From: Aeromicrobium sp.
Lineage (GTDB): Bacteria; Actinomycetota; Actinomycetes; Propionibacteriales; Nocardioidaceae
Direction of reading: 5' to 3'
NCBI GenBank assembly: GCA_023254755.1
Contig: JALRKU010000385.1
Span: 1-33,260 of the forward strand
Length of the DNA: 33,260 nucleotides
Shown here: positions 24,025 through 33,260 of the stretch, piece after piece
How the letters are laid out: each line of letters begins with the position of its first letter
Numbering within the stretch: the stretch's first letter is position 1
Notes under the pieces: model-generated
Database searches by the model: none
Told to the model about the DNA's origin: nothing
Seen by the model: only the letters and a program-made list of their open reading frames with translations
Program-made: the position numbers and the translations under genes

Positions 24025-25818
24025 GGGTGAGGAGGTAGCGGGGGCGGGGTAGCCCTCGGACGGCTGCACGATGACGAAGCCCTGGCCGGCGAACGAGACC
24101 TGGATGGCCTCGCCCGAGCCGCGGCCGATCAGCGCACCGGCCGACACGCTGGTCTTGAGGCTGGTCTGCAGGTCGGCCGACCACGCGACGACGGCGTTGG
24201 TGTCGGCGTAGGTGGGGGCCTCGCCCGCGTTGAGGACGACCGGCTCGCCGTCGGTCGTGATGGCGACCCAGCCGGTGCCGCGCAGGGTCGTGTTGAACAG
24301 GCCGCCGGCCGCGATGCTGCCGCCCTTGACCCGCTCGACGTTCCACTCCAGCGACGACGAGAAGGCCAGCACGTTGGCGCCGTTGACCGAGATGCCGCTC
24401 TGGGTCAGCTGCAGCACGTGCACGTGCTTGGCGGTGTCGGCCAGGAAGACGTCACCCGCGCCCTCGACGCGCATCAGCGACAGCCCCTCGCCGGTCACGG
24501 CCTTCTTGAGGAACTTGGCGGCGCCGCCGCCCTGGTAGGCGAACGAGACGTCGCCCTGGTAGGCGACCATCGCGCCCTGCCGGGCCATGAACGGCTCGCC
24601 CACGCGCACGCGGAGCAGCCGATTGTTCTGCAAGGTGGCCCCGGCGCCCTGGACCTCGGCGAAGCGGCCGTCGATCAGGTCCCCGCTGATGCCGGGAGCC
24701 GCGACCGGGGCCTCGGTGGCGACCGGAGCGGGCGCGACCTGGGCCGGCGCCTCGAGGACGGGCTCGGGGGCCGGAGCGTCGACCACGGGCGGCACGGCCG
24801 CGACGGCGGGATCGGGAACGGGAGCGACGAGCGGTGCCGACACGTCCGGTGCCGAGACGTCGGCGGCAGGGGCGTCGGTCTCGAGCGCGCCGGCCTCGAC
24901 CGCACCGGTCTCGATCGGCTCCGGAGCGGGCTGCAGGTCGTCGACCGGGCCCCCGACGTCCGCGGGCGTGCCCTCGGCCTCGACGGGTGGGAGGACCGAC
25001 TCGAGCGGACCGGCCTCAGGCTCGACCGGCTCGGCAGGTCCCTCGGCGGACGGCGCGCCGTCGTACGGCCCGACCTCGGGCTGGACCGGCCCGGACTCGA
25101 CCAGACCGGAGTCGATGGGCCCAGAATCGATGGGCCCGGACTCGATGGGCCCGGGCTCGACCGCCGCGTAGTCCTCGGCCTCGTAGGGCTCGTCGTCGAT
25201 GGGTCCGGCGGTCAGCGGGCTGCGGCCGTAGACCGACTCCGACGCCGCCGCGGCAGCGTCCGGTGACGGTGAGAACCAGTCGTCGTCGGCGGGCCCAGGC
25301 GCTGGATCGGCGACCGGAGTCGCGTCGACGAGCGTGGACTCGACCCACGGCTCCGCGGCGGGCTGGGCGTCGGCGTCGATCGACGCGGTGGTCTCATTCG
25401 GCGCAGGCTCCGTGTCGGCCGCGATCGACTCGACGGGCTCGGTCGTCACCGGATCGCTCGCCGTCGGCTCCTCGGCGACCGACTCCTCGGCCACGGGCTG
25501 CTCCGCGACCGGCTCCTCGACCACGGGCTGCTCCGCGACCGGCTGCGCGGCGACGGGCTCCTCGGCCACGGGCTGGGCGCTCGCGGCGACGGCCTCGGCG
25601 GCCTTCTCCTCGGTGCGGGCGGCGTAGGGGTCGTCGGCGACGGTCTCCTCGACCTGCTGCTGCACGACCTGCTCGGCCTGCTGCGTGGCGGGCGGAGCGG
25701 TGGGCAGCGGCGAGATGGACTGGATGCCCTGGTCGGCGACGTGCTCGGTCCAGATGCGGCCGTCCCAGTAGCGGAGCTCGTGCTCGCCGGTCGGGTCCGG
25801 GTGCCAGTTGGCAGTCAT
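24019..25818 (-). CDS. DUF2510 - acidic Pro/Glu/Ala-rich linker - AIM24 domain protein
   Basis: N-terminal WHPDPTGEHELRYWDGRIWT (DUF2510); C-terminal ARQGAMVAYQG, AVTGEGL, GDVFLAD, GGLFN, GSGEAIQVSFAGQGFVIVQPSE (AIM24); GAGGGGG SD. Confidence 0.88.
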   Translation of the reverse strand: MTANWHPDPTGEHELRYWDGRIWTEHVADQGIQSISPLPTAPPATQQAEQVVQQQVEETVADDPYAARTEEKAAEAVAASAQPVAEEPVAAQPVAEQPVVEEPVAEQPVAEESVAEEPTASDPVTTEPVESIAADTEPAPNETTASIDADAQPAAEPWVESTLVDATPVADPAPGPADDDWFSPSPDAAAAASESVYGRSPLTAGPIDDEPYEAEDYAAVEPGPIESGPIDSGPIDSGLVESGPVQPEVGPYDGAPSAEGPAEPVEPEAGPLESVLPPVEAEGTPADVGGPVDDLQPAPEPIETGAVEAGALETDAPAADVSAPDVSAPLVAPVPDPAVAAVPPVVDAPAPEPVLEAPAQVAPAPVATEAPVAAPGISGDLIDGRFAEVQGAGATLQNNRLLRVRVGEPFMARQGAMVAYQGDVSFAYQGGGAAKFLKKAVTGEGLSLMRVEGAGDVFLADTAKHVHVLQLTQSGISVNGANVLAFSSSLEWNVERVKGGSIAAGGLFNTTLRGTGWVAITTDGEPVVLNAGEAPTYADTNAVVAWSADLQTSLKTSVSAGALIGRGSGEAIQVSFAGQGFVIVQPSEGYPAPATSSPR

Positions 25819-25928
25819 GGGCTATCCCCCTCAGTTCGTGACCACGCCATCCTGTCAGGTCCGCAGGTCCACTGCGCGACGACCGTCTCACCTGCGCGCC
25901 GACGTGCTTCGGATGGCAGGATCGCGCC

Positions 25929-26813
25929 ATGGCTGCCGGGCGCTACGCACCCTCCCCATCGGGGGACCTGCACCTGGGGAACCTCCGCACCGCGCTCCTG
26001 GCGTGGGTCGCCGCTCGACGCTCCGGCCGCGCCTTCGTGCTGCGGGTCGACGACCTCGACCGGGTCCACCCAGGCGCCGAGGAACGTCAGCTCGAGGACC
26101 TCGCCACGCTCGGCCTGGACTGGGACGGACCCGTGCTGCACCAGTCCGACCGCGTCGCCGCGTACGACCGCGTGGTCGACGAGCTGACGGCCCGCGGACT
26201 GACCTACGAGTGCTTCTGCACGCGGCGCGAGATCCTCGAGGCACCGACCGCACCGCATCACCCGCCGGGGTCGTACCCGGGCACGTGCCGCGACCTGACC
26301 GACGACGAACGAGCCCGCCGACGCGCCGAGCGGCCGGCCGCGGTCCGGCTGCGGGCCGAGGTCGACACCTGGACGGTCGACGACGTCGCCCACGGTCGGT
26401 TCACCGGAGCCGTCGACGACCTGGTGCTGCGGCGCGGCGACGGCGTGCCGGCCTACAACCTCACGGTCGTGGTCGACGACGACGTCCAGGGCGTCGACCA
26501 GGTGGTCCGCGGTGACGACCTGCTGCCGTCGACCCCCCGCCAGGCCTACCTCGCGACCGTGCTGGGCCTGCGGCTGCCGACGTGGTGGCACGTCCCGCTG
26601 GTCCTCGGCCCCACGGGCGCCCGCCTGGCCAAGCGCGACGGAGCCGTCACGTCGCGCGAGCTCGTCGCCCACGGCCTCGACCCCGTCCGCCTCATCGCGG
26701 CGTCCCTCGGGTCGTCGGCGAGCACGGCGGCCGAGCTGCTCGACGACCTCGACCTGTCTGCGATCCCTCGCGATCCCTGGGTGTTCTCCCCGCCGGGGCA
26801 CGCAGGGCGGTGA
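25929..26813 (+). CDS. gluQ: tRNA glutamyl-Q(34) synthetase (GluRS catalytic-domain paralog)
   Basis: RYAPSPSGDLHLGN (HIGH-like), YECFCTRRE...YPGTC, VVRGDDL, LAKRD; 294 aa with no anticodon-binding domain. Confidence 0.92.
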   Translation: MAAGRYAPSPSGDLHLGNLRTALLAWVAARRSGRAFVLRVDDLDRVHPGAEERQLEDLATLGLDWDGPVLHQSDRVAAYDRVVDELTARGLTYECFCTRREILEAPTAPHHPPGSYPGTCRDLTDDERARRRAERPAAVRLRAEVDTWTVDDVAHGRFTGAVDDLVLRRGDGVPAYNLTVVVDDDVQGVDQVVRGDDLLPSTPRQAYLATVLGLRLPTWWHVPLVLGPTGARLAKRDGAVTSRELVAHGLDPVRLIAASLGSSASTAAELLDDLDLSAIPRDPWVFSPPGHAGR

Positions 26814-26935
26814 CCCTCGCACCCTTCGCTTCTCGGGCCGGTGGCTCCGGCACCTGGTGAGCGTCGAATCCGGTGCGAGATCGACCGCCCCGTCGCGGCG
26901 TTCGGTGCCGGACTCACCGCTCGGGTGGCGGAGGG

Positions 26936-27751
26936 TCAGTGGGCGTCGACGTGCGCCTCGATCAGGTCGGCGAGCACGGCGGGCTGCTCGAGCGTGCTGG
27001 AGTGGCCGGCCGCCGGCACGACCTCCAGGCGCGAGCCCGCGATCCCCGCATGGATGGCCTCGGCCTTGGCGACCGGAGTCGCCACGTCCTCCGCACCGAC
27101 CACGACGAGGGTCGGCGCCGTGATGGCGGGCAGCAGGTCGTGCACCGGCGCGCGGTCGGTGACTCCATGGATCGCGCGCTGCATGCCCCTGCGCTCGACA
27201 CCCTTCAGCACGCGCATCCAGTCGTCCGTGTGCACACGGCTGCCCGGGTCGGCCAGGAACGTCGGACCGAACATGATGGGTTCGACCTGGCCGCGCAGCG
27301 GGCCCATGCCGACCCAGCGGTAGACCCTGCCGAGCAGCCGGTAGCGCGAGATCTTGTCGGGGTCCTCGGGCCCGGAGCTGGTGTCGAGCAGGGTGAGCGA
27401 GCGGACGAGATCGGGGCGACGGGCCGCGAGTCGGATCCCGACGAAGCCGCCCATCGACAGCCCCACGTAGTGCACCGGTCCGGCGTCGAGCGACTCGACG
27501 ATCGCGGTGGCGTCGGCCGCGAGCGCGTCCATGTCGTACCCGTCCGGCGCCGCGGGCGACCGACCCTGCCCGCGCCAGTCGATCGTGACGCAGCGGTACC
27601 GCGACCGCAGGCGCTCGACCTGGGCCGCGAACATCAGACCGCTGAAGAGCAGTCCGTGCCCGAACACGACGGCCGGCGCGTCGGGACGGCCGGGCGGCGC
27701 ACCGGTGTCCTCGACGTGGACGCGAGCACCGTTGACCGACACGAGAGGCAT
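26936..27751 (-). CDS. Alpha/beta hydrolase (PcaD-like enol-lactonase family)
   Basis: FGHGLL, DWRGQGRS, GLSMGG nucleophile elbow, GAEDVATP, AGHSSTLEQP. Confidence 0.9.
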   Translation of the reverse strand: MPLVSVNGARVHVEDTGAPPGRPDAPAVVFGHGLLFSGLMFAAQVERLRSRYRCVTIDWRGQGRSPAAPDGYDMDALAADATAIVESLDAGPVHYVGLSMGGFVGIRLAARRPDLVRSLTLLDTSSGPEDPDKISRYRLLGRVYRWVGMGPLRGQVEPIMFGPTFLADPGSRVHTDDWMRVLKGVERRGMQRAIHGVTDRAPVHDLLPAITAPTLVVVGAEDVATPVAKAEAIHAGIAGSRLEVVPAAGHSSTLEQPAVLADLIEAHVDAH

Positions 27752-27823
27752 GGACCCGTGCCTACCCGCTGGGCCGGACCGTGGCAAGGGTGGCGCGCGG
27801 CGATGGGAGCTCGGCGGCACCGC

Positions 27824-27859
27824 TTGACATAGTTTGTGAGTCATCACTAACTTGCTGGC
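27824..27859 (+). promoter_or_regulatory. Sigma70-type promoter with overlapping TetR operator-like palindrome
   Basis: TTGACA (27824-27829), 18-nt spacer, TAACTT (27848-27853), 6 nt, ATG; inverted repeat AGTTTGTGA-gtca-TCACTAACT (27831-27852, 8/9). Confidence 0.75.
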
Positions 27860-28435
27860 ATGGTGACCGGACAGCGCATGAAGGCAGAGGACCGCAAGGT
27901 CTTGATCCTGGAGAAGGCGGTCGAGGAGTACGGCCGGGTCGGCATGCACGCGACGTCGACCGAGCGCATCGCCGAGCTCGCCGGAGTCTCGCAGCCCTAC
28001 CTCTTCCGTCTCTTCGGCACCAAGGCCGACCTCATCGTCGCGGCGATCGAGCAGCACACCGCGCGACTGCGCACCGCGTTCCGCGCGGCCGTCGAGCAGC
28101 GCGCCGAGGGCACGTCACCGCTCGAGGCGATGGCGTTCGCCTACCTGTCGTTCATGGACGCCGACGCCAACGCGCTGCGCTGCCAGCTGCACACCTGGGC
28201 CGCGGCGTCGGACCCGGCGATCAAGGACGTCGCCCAGCGCACGTACCGCGAGATCTGGGACGACGTCGTCGAGCTCAGCGGCGCGCCGGCCGACGAGGTC
28301 CGCGACTTCATGGCCCAGGGCATGCTGCTGACCGTCCTGGGCTCGATGGACCTGATGGACCTGTTCGGGGACCCCGCTCCCGTCGTCGCCGACCTGTTCG
28401 GCGGAACCGACGACTCCACCCAGGAGGCTCAGTGA
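27860..28435 (+). CDS. TetR/AcrR family transcriptional regulator
   Basis: N-terminal HTH: GMHATSTERIAELAGVSQPYLFRLFGTKADL. Confidence 0.94.
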   Translation: MVTGQRMKAEDRKVLILEKAVEEYGRVGMHATSTERIAELAGVSQPYLFRLFGTKADLIVAAIEQHTARLRTAFRAAVEQRAEGTSPLEAMAFAYLSFMDADANALRCQLHTWAAASDPAIKDVAQRTYREIWDDVVELSGAPADEVRDFMAQGMLLTVLGSMDLMDLFGDPAPVVADLFGGTDDSTQEAQ

Positions 28436-30534
28436 TGTTCACCGCCCTGTCCCACCTCGCGACCAGTCACCCACGCCGCGTCCTCCTGGCGACGGTCGTG
28501 TTCTTCGCCTTCGCCGGGGTGGTCGGCGGACCGGTCGCCGGCCTGCTGAACGCCGACAACGACTCGTTCGCCGACACCGGCGCGCCCAGCGCGCACGCCA
28601 TCGACCGGATCGAGGAGGCATCGGGCCTCGCGGCGTCGCCCGCCACGATCGCCCTGGTCGCCACCGACGACACCGAGGCGCTCGACGCCGCGCGCGCTGC
28701 GCTCGAGGCGAGCTCCGAGGTCGCGCAGGTCGTCGGCGGCCCCGACGCCGGTCCGCAGTTCGTGTCGCGCGACGGCTCCCTCACCTACCTGGCCGCGATC
28801 TACGCGGCCGACGCCGACGCCGACCACACCACCGAGGAGCTGCGTGACGCGCTCGGTCGCATCGACGGCGTCACGATAGGCGGCGCGGGTCCGGCCTACC
28901 AGCAGGTCAACGAGCAGGTCGAGAGCGACATCGTGCGTGCCGAGATGCTCGCCTTCCCGCTGCTGTTCGTGGTGTCGCTGTTCGTGTTCCGCTCGGCGGT
29001 GTCGGCGCTCCTGCCGCTGCTCGTGGGCGGGCTGACGATCGTCTCGTCGCTGGTCGTGCTCCGCGCAGCCAACGAGGTCGTCGACATCTCGATCTTCGCG
29101 CTCAACCTCATCACGGGCCTGGGGCTCGGCCTCGCGATCGACTACTCGTTGTTCATGGTGTCGCGCTTCCGCGAGGAGCTGGTGCGTCAGGGTCCCGGCG
29201 CCGACGCCGTCCGCACGACCGTGATGACCGCCGGGCGGACGGTGCTGTTCTCGGCGGTCACGGTCGCCGGAGCGGGGCTCGCGCTGCTGGTCTTCCCGCT
29301 GCGGTTCCTCTACTCGATGGGCATCGGCGTGACGATCGTGGCGCTGGTCGCGGCGGCGGTGTCGCTGCTGGTGCTGCCCGCGCTCTTCGCGGTGCTGCAG
29401 CTGCGGGTCAACGCCCTCGCGCCCGCCCGGTGGCGGCGGGCCCAGGAGGCCGACGCCCGGAGCGAGACCCGGGGCTTCTGGTATCGGCTCTCGCACTTCG
29501 TGATGCGATTCCGCATCGGGACCGCGCTGGCCGGTGCCGCCGTGCTGGTCGCGCTCGGCCTGCCGTTCCTGGGCGTGAAGTTCACCGGGGTCGACGCCAC
29601 GGTGCTGCCCGACAGCGCGTCGGCCAAGGTCGTCGACTCGACCCTGCGGGCGGAGTTCGAGGGCGCCGAGTCGACGCCGATCGTGGTCGCGATCGATGCG
29701 CCGGAGTCCGACGCCGCCGCGATCGCCGAGTACGCCCGCGAGCTCGGTTCGCTCGACGACGTCTCGCAGACCGCGGAGCCGCGCTACGTCGGCGACGACA
29801 CGTGGCAGGTCGACGTGATCCCGGCGCACTCCACGCTCGACGAGAGGACGCTCGAGCTCGTGGACGCCGTGCGCGACGTGCCCGCACCGGGCCCGGCCCT
29901 GGTCGGAGGCGACAGCGCCGCGCAGGTGGACCAGGTCGCCTCGATCGTCGACGGGATCCCCCTCGCGCTCGGCATCCTCGCAGTCCTCACCTTCGTGACC
30001 CTGTTCCTGATGACGGGGTCGGTCGTGCTGCCACTCAAGGCGCTCGTGATGAACCTGCTGACCATCTCGGCGACGTTCGGCGTGCTGGTGCTGGTGTTCC
30101 AGGACGGGCGGTTCGAGGGGCTGCTCGACTACACGAGCCAGGGCGGCCTGGAGTCGTCGCAGCCGGTCTTCCTGTTCGCGGTCGCCTTCGGCCTGTCGAC
30201 CGACTACGCGGTGTTCCTGCTGACCCGCATCAAGGAGGCCCGCGACGCCGGGGCCGGGGAGCGCGAGGCGGTCGCGCTCGGCTTGCAGCGCACCGGTCGG
30301 ATCGTGACGGCGGCCGCCCTGCTCTTCGCGATCGCCCTGGGCGCCTTCGCGACCTCGGAGATCATCTTCATCAAGGAGCTCGGCGTCGGGACGGCCGTCG
30401 CGGTGCTCGTCGACGCGACGATCGTGCGGGCCCTGCTCGTCCCGTCGCTGATGGCGATGCTCGGCCGTGCCAACTGGTGGGCCCCCGCCCCCCTGCGCCG
30501 CCTCCACGCCCGCATCGGGCTGCGCGAGGGCTGA
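28435..30534 (+). CDS. MMPL family (RND superfamily) transporter
   Basis: TGATG overlap with TetR; GLGLAIDYSLFMVSRFREEL, TAGRTVLFS, FGLSTDYAVFLLTRIKE, DATIVRALLVP, ANWWAP. Confidence 0.94.
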   Translation: MFTALSHLATSHPRRVLLATVVFFAFAGVVGGPVAGLLNADNDSFADTGAPSAHAIDRIEEASGLAASPATIALVATDDTEALDAARAALEASSEVAQVVGGPDAGPQFVSRDGSLTYLAAIYAADADADHTTEELRDALGRIDGVTIGGAGPAYQQVNEQVESDIVRAEMLAFPLLFVVSLFVFRSAVSALLPLLVGGLTIVSSLVVLRAANEVVDISIFALNLITGLGLGLAIDYSLFMVSRFREELVRQGPGADAVRTTVMTAGRTVLFSAVTVAGAGLALLVFPLRFLYSMGIGVTIVALVAAAVSLLVLPALFAVLQLRVNALAPARWRRAQEADARSETRGFWYRLSHFVMRFRIGTALAGAAVLVALGLPFLGVKFTGVDATVLPDSASAKVVDSTLRAEFEGAESTPIVVAIDAPESDAAAIAEYARELGSLDDVSQTAEPRYVGDDTWQVDVIPAHSTLDERTLELVDAVRDVPAPGPALVGGDSAAQVDQVASIVDGIPLALGILAVLTFVTLFLMTGSVVLPLKALVMNLLTISATFGVLVLVFQDGRFEGLLDYTSQGGLESSQPVFLFAVAFGLSTDYAVFLLTRIKEARDAGAGEREAVALGLQRTGRIVTAAALLFAIALGAFATSEIIFIKELGVGTAVAVLVDATIVRALLVPSLMAMLGRANWWAPAPLRRLHARIGLREG

Positions 30535-30607
30535 CACTCCCACGCGGTGACCGGTTCACAGCGGCGTCGGTGCCGACGCCGACCGGTCGGGCTGCGGTGC
30601 CCCGACG

Positions 30608-30647
30608 ACGTCGCCCCCTCCCGGACGGATCCGGGAGGGGGCGACGT
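30608..30647. terminator. Strong hairpin between convergent MMPL and ABC operons
   Basis: Perfect 18-bp stem ACGTCGCCCCCTCCCGGA-cgga-TCCGGGAGGGGGCGACGT; no clear U-tract. Confidence 0.7.
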
Positions 30648-30662
30648 GTCGTGCCGATCAGG

Positions 30663-31568
30663 TCAGATCAGACCCTTGTCGGTCAGCCACTGCTTGGCCA
30701 GGTCGGCCGGCTTGGCCTTGTCGGCGCCCTGGTTCTTGGCGTTCAGATCCAGCAGGTCCTGCGTCGTGAGCTCGGCCGAGATCTTGTCGAGGACGTCCTC
30801 GACCTTGTCGCTGGCCTTCTTGTCGGCGATCAGCGGGATGACGTTCTGCGCCGCGATGAGGTTCTCGGGATCCTCGAGCGTCACGAGGTCGTTCTCGACG
30901 ATCGACGGCGTGGTGGAGTAGATGTCGGCCACGTCGACCTTGCCGTCGAGCAGCGCCTTGAGGGTGGCGGGGCCGCCGCCGTCGCTGATCGGCGTGAACT
31001 TGATCCCGGTGATGCCGTAGACCTTCTCCAGACCGGGGATGCCGTACGAGCGGGTCTTGAACTCGGGGTTGGCGCCCAGCTTGAGGCCGTCGATCTTCTT
31101 CAGGTCGGCGATCGTGGTGAGTCCGTTCTTCTCCGCGAACTCCTTGGTGACGTTGAGGGAGTCCTTGTCCTCGGCCGCCGACGCGTCGAGCACCTCGAGG
31201 TCCTCGGGCAGGGCGTCGTCGAGCGCGTCGTCGATCTGCTCGGGCGACGTGGCCGTGGCCTCGGGGTCGAAGTAGGTGAGCAGGTTGCCCGAGTACTCCG
31301 GCACCAGGTCGATCTCGCCGTTCTGCAGGGCCTTGATGTAGACCTCACGAGCACCGATGTTGAGCTTGGTCTCGACCTTGACACCCTCGGCCTCGAGGGC
31401 CTGGGCGTAGATCTCGGCGAGGATCTCGTTCTCGGGGAACGCGGCCGAGCCGACCGTGATGGTGTCGGACGCGGACTGCTCGCCCTCGGTCGGGTCGCCC
31501 CCGCACGCGGCGAGGGACAGACCCAGGACGGCCGTCGCGGCGACGGCGGTGAGCTTGCGAGTGAACAT
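30663..31568 (-). CDS. Osmoprotectant (glycine betaine/choline) ABC transporter substrate-binding lipoprotein
   Basis: Lipobox LAAC; ITVGSAAFPENEILAEIYAQAL, IDLVPEYSGN, LEDPENL; OpuAC/OsmF-like. Confidence 0.92.
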   Translation of the reverse strand: MFTRKLTAVAATAVLGLSLAACGGDPTEGEQSASDTITVGSAAFPENEILAEIYAQALEAEGVKVETKLNIGAREVYIKALQNGEIDLVPEYSGNLLTYFDPEATATSPEQIDDALDDALPEDLEVLDASAAEDKDSLNVTKEFAEKNGLTTIADLKKIDGLKLGANPEFKTRSYGIPGLEKVYGITGIKFTPISDGGGPATLKALLDGKVDVADIYSTTPSIVENDLVTLEDPENLIAAQNVIPLIADKKASDKVEDVLDKISAELTTQDLLDLNAKNQGADKAKPADLAKQWLTDKGLI

Positions 31569-31614
31569 GTTCTCTTCTTCTCTCTTCGGGGGAGCTGTTG
31601 CAGTGGAGGTCGGC

Positions 31615-32292
31615 TCAGGCGCCGACCGGACGAGCGGCGGGCCGGCGGCCCGACGCGAGGGACTGGAGGGCGGCGAAGACACCGTCGAGGACGAGCGCCA
31701 GGGCCACGACGACGACCGACCCGCCGGCCATCTGCGGGTAGTCGCTGACGGCCTGGCCGTCGATCAGGTAGCGGCCGAGTCCGCCGAGACCGACGTAGGC
31801 GGCGACCGTCGCCGTGGCGACGACCTGCAGGACCGCCGACCGGATGCCGCCGACGATGATGGGCAGACCGAGCGGGATCTCGACGCGGGTGAGGATCTGC
31901 CACTCGGTGAACCCCATCGCCCGCGCGGCATCGACGGTCTGGCTGTCGACGGCCTCGACGCCGGCGTACGCACCGGCGAGCAGCGGCGGGATCGCGAGGA
32001 CGACGAGGGCGATGAGCGGAGGGGTCAGCCCGATGCCCAGGTACAGCGCGATGAGCGTGAGCAGGCCCAGCGTGGGCAGGGCTCGCATCGCGCCGGTGAG
32101 GGCGACCGCGACCGACCGGAAGCGTCCGGTGTGGCCGATCCAGAACCCCAGCGGGACCGCGATGACGGCCGCGATCGCGATGGTCTCGGCCGTGTAGCCG
32201 ACGTGCTCGAGGAGCCGGTGCGGGATGCCGTCGTCGCCGCTCCAGCGCACGGAGTCGGTGAGCCACTCGACGGTGTCGGTGACGACGCTCAT
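31615..32292 (-). CDS. Osmoprotectant ABC transporter permease
   Basis: RALPTLGLL, EAA loop DAARAMGFTEWQILTRVEIPL, GLGGLGRY. Confidence 0.92.
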   Translation of the reverse strand: MSVVTDTVEWLTDSVRWSGDDGIPHRLLEHVGYTAETIAIAAVIAVPLGFWIGHTGRFRSVAVALTGAMRALPTLGLLTLIALYLGIGLTPPLIALVVLAIPPLLAGAYAGVEAVDSQTVDAARAMGFTEWQILTRVEIPLGLPIIVGGIRSAVLQVVATATVAAYVGLGGLGRYLIDGQAVSDYPQMAGGSVVVVALALVLDGVFAALQSLASGRRPAARPVGA

Positions 32293-32990
32293 GCGCGCAC
32301 CCCCGTGAACCTGGACCAGAACGCCTGCCTCGGCCGCGACGTGGGCGCCGCGGTGCGCTGGGCCCGCGACCAGGGCATCAGCACTCGCCCGGCGAGCACC
32401 AGCAACAGGTCGAGCAGGAGCGCGAGCAGCACGATCGCGCCGATGCCGATGACGATCTCGGTGAGGAAGTCGCGCCGGAACCCGTCGGTGAACAGGGAGC
32501 CGAGGTTGGAGACGCCGATGAGGCTGGCGACGCTGAGCATGCTGACCGTGCTGACCGACACGACGCGCAGTCCGGCCAGCAGCACCGGACCGGCGAGCGG
32601 CAGCTCGACGCGGAACACGCGTTGCGCTCCGGAGAAGCCGGCTGCGGTGGCGGCGTCGACCACCGCCGGCGACACCGATCCGAAGGCGTCGGTCGCGGTG
32701 CGCACCATGACGGCCGCGGCGTAGGTGGACAGGGCCACGACGACGTTGACGACGCTGAGGAAGCCCGTGCCCAGCACGCCGGGCAGGATCACGAACAGCG
32801 CGATCGACGGGATCGTGTAGAGGACGCCGACCAGGGCGACGGTGAGACCGCGGATGCGGGGGTGCTGGTGGGCGTACCAGCCGATGGGCAGCGACACCGC
32901 GAAGCCGATCAGCGTCGACACGACGCTGATCCAGGCGTGGCGCACGAACAGCTCGCGCACCAGGTCGAGGTTGTCGAGGAGCCAGGTCAT
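32289..32990 (-). CDS. Osmoprotectant ABC transporter permease
   Basis: YTIPSIALF, DAATAAGFSGAQRVFRVELPLA; ATGA overlap with the next permease. Confidence 0.92.
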   Translation of the reverse strand: MTWLLDNLDLVRELFVRHAWISVVSTLIGFAVSLPIGWYAHQHPRIRGLTVALVGVLYTIPSIALFVILPGVLGTGFLSVVNVVVALSTYAAAVMVRTATDAFGSVSPAVVDAATAAGFSGAQRVFRVELPLAGPVLLAGLRVVSVSTVSMLSVASLIGVSNLGSLFTDGFRRDFLTEIVIGIGAIVLLALLLDLLLVLAGRVLMPWSRAQRTAAPTSRPRQAFWSRFTGVRA

Positions 32991-32997
32991 CGGCGGG

Positions 32998-33260
32998 TCA
33001 CGCCTTCAGCACGCCGGCGGCCTTGCCGGTGCCGTCGACGACGACCCGGACGCCGTCGCGCTCCTCGACCCGTAGCTCGCGGTGGCCCTTGTCGAGGCCG
33101 ATGAAGCTGCGCACGAAGTCGTCGGCCGGGTGGGCCAGGATGTCGGCCGGTGCGCCGACCTGGGCGACCACACCGCCCTTCTTGAGGATGACGACCTGGT
33201 CGCCGAGCAGGACCGCCTCGTCGATGTCGTGCGTGACGAACACGATCGTCTTGTCGAGCT
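32998..33260 (-). CDS. Osmoprotectant ABC transporter ATP-binding subunit (3' part; 5' end outside window)
   Basis: LDKTIVFVTHDIDEAVLLGD (H-loop), PADDFVRSFIG. Confidence 0.9.
   Translation of the reverse strand, partial: LDKTIVFVTHDIDEAVLLGDQVVILKKGGVVAQVGAPADILAHPADDFVRSFIGLDKGHRELRVEERDGVRVVVDGTGKAAGVLKA

Noticed and set aside
25929-26813. Functional link between gluQ and the nearby tRNA-Glu, or a call as gltX
   Set aside because: The protein lacks the anticodon-binding domain, and GluQ-RS is known to act on queuosine of tRNA-Asp, so the proximity is probably incidental.
27781-31748. Very long ORFs (917 aa with N-terminal extension, 772 aa, 704 aa antisense) and similar Arg/Pro-rich ORFs across the window
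   Set aside because: Typical stop-poor shadow frames of high-GC DNA, overlapping well-supported genes and lacking motifs.

Overview
High-GC actinobacterial chromosome segment (gene content suggests Nocardioidaceae, e.g. Aeromicrobium-like; this is inference). It holds about 33 mostly housekeeping or stress genes: cspA, an NtaA/DszA-type flavin monooxygenase, an LCP protein, topoisomerase IB, a GAF-GGDEF cyclase, a Ca2+/H+ antiporter, two pirins, lipid enzymes including the 10-methyl fatty acid methyltransferase/reductase pair, xth, dinB, gluQ, TetR-MMPL, an osmoprotectant ABC transporter and tRNA-Glu(TTC). No integrase, transposase or cas gene is visible. The most interesting signals are non-coding. 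(1) A ~1.2 kb cassette (17095-18310) has a single DUF559/Vsr-like nuclease gene enclosed by ~100-140 bp modular inverted repeats carrying 44-bp palindromes, and both ends begin at the TGA stop codons of the convergent neighbours. (2) A second repeat family (GTGACTCGTCAGCG, 21-bp period) occurs at two loci and supplies the CGC-TGA end of three different genes. (3) An A-B-A-partial array after tRNA-Glu repeats the tRNA 3' end and carries a 14-nt antisense to the tRNA. Most genes appear to be transcribed leaderless.
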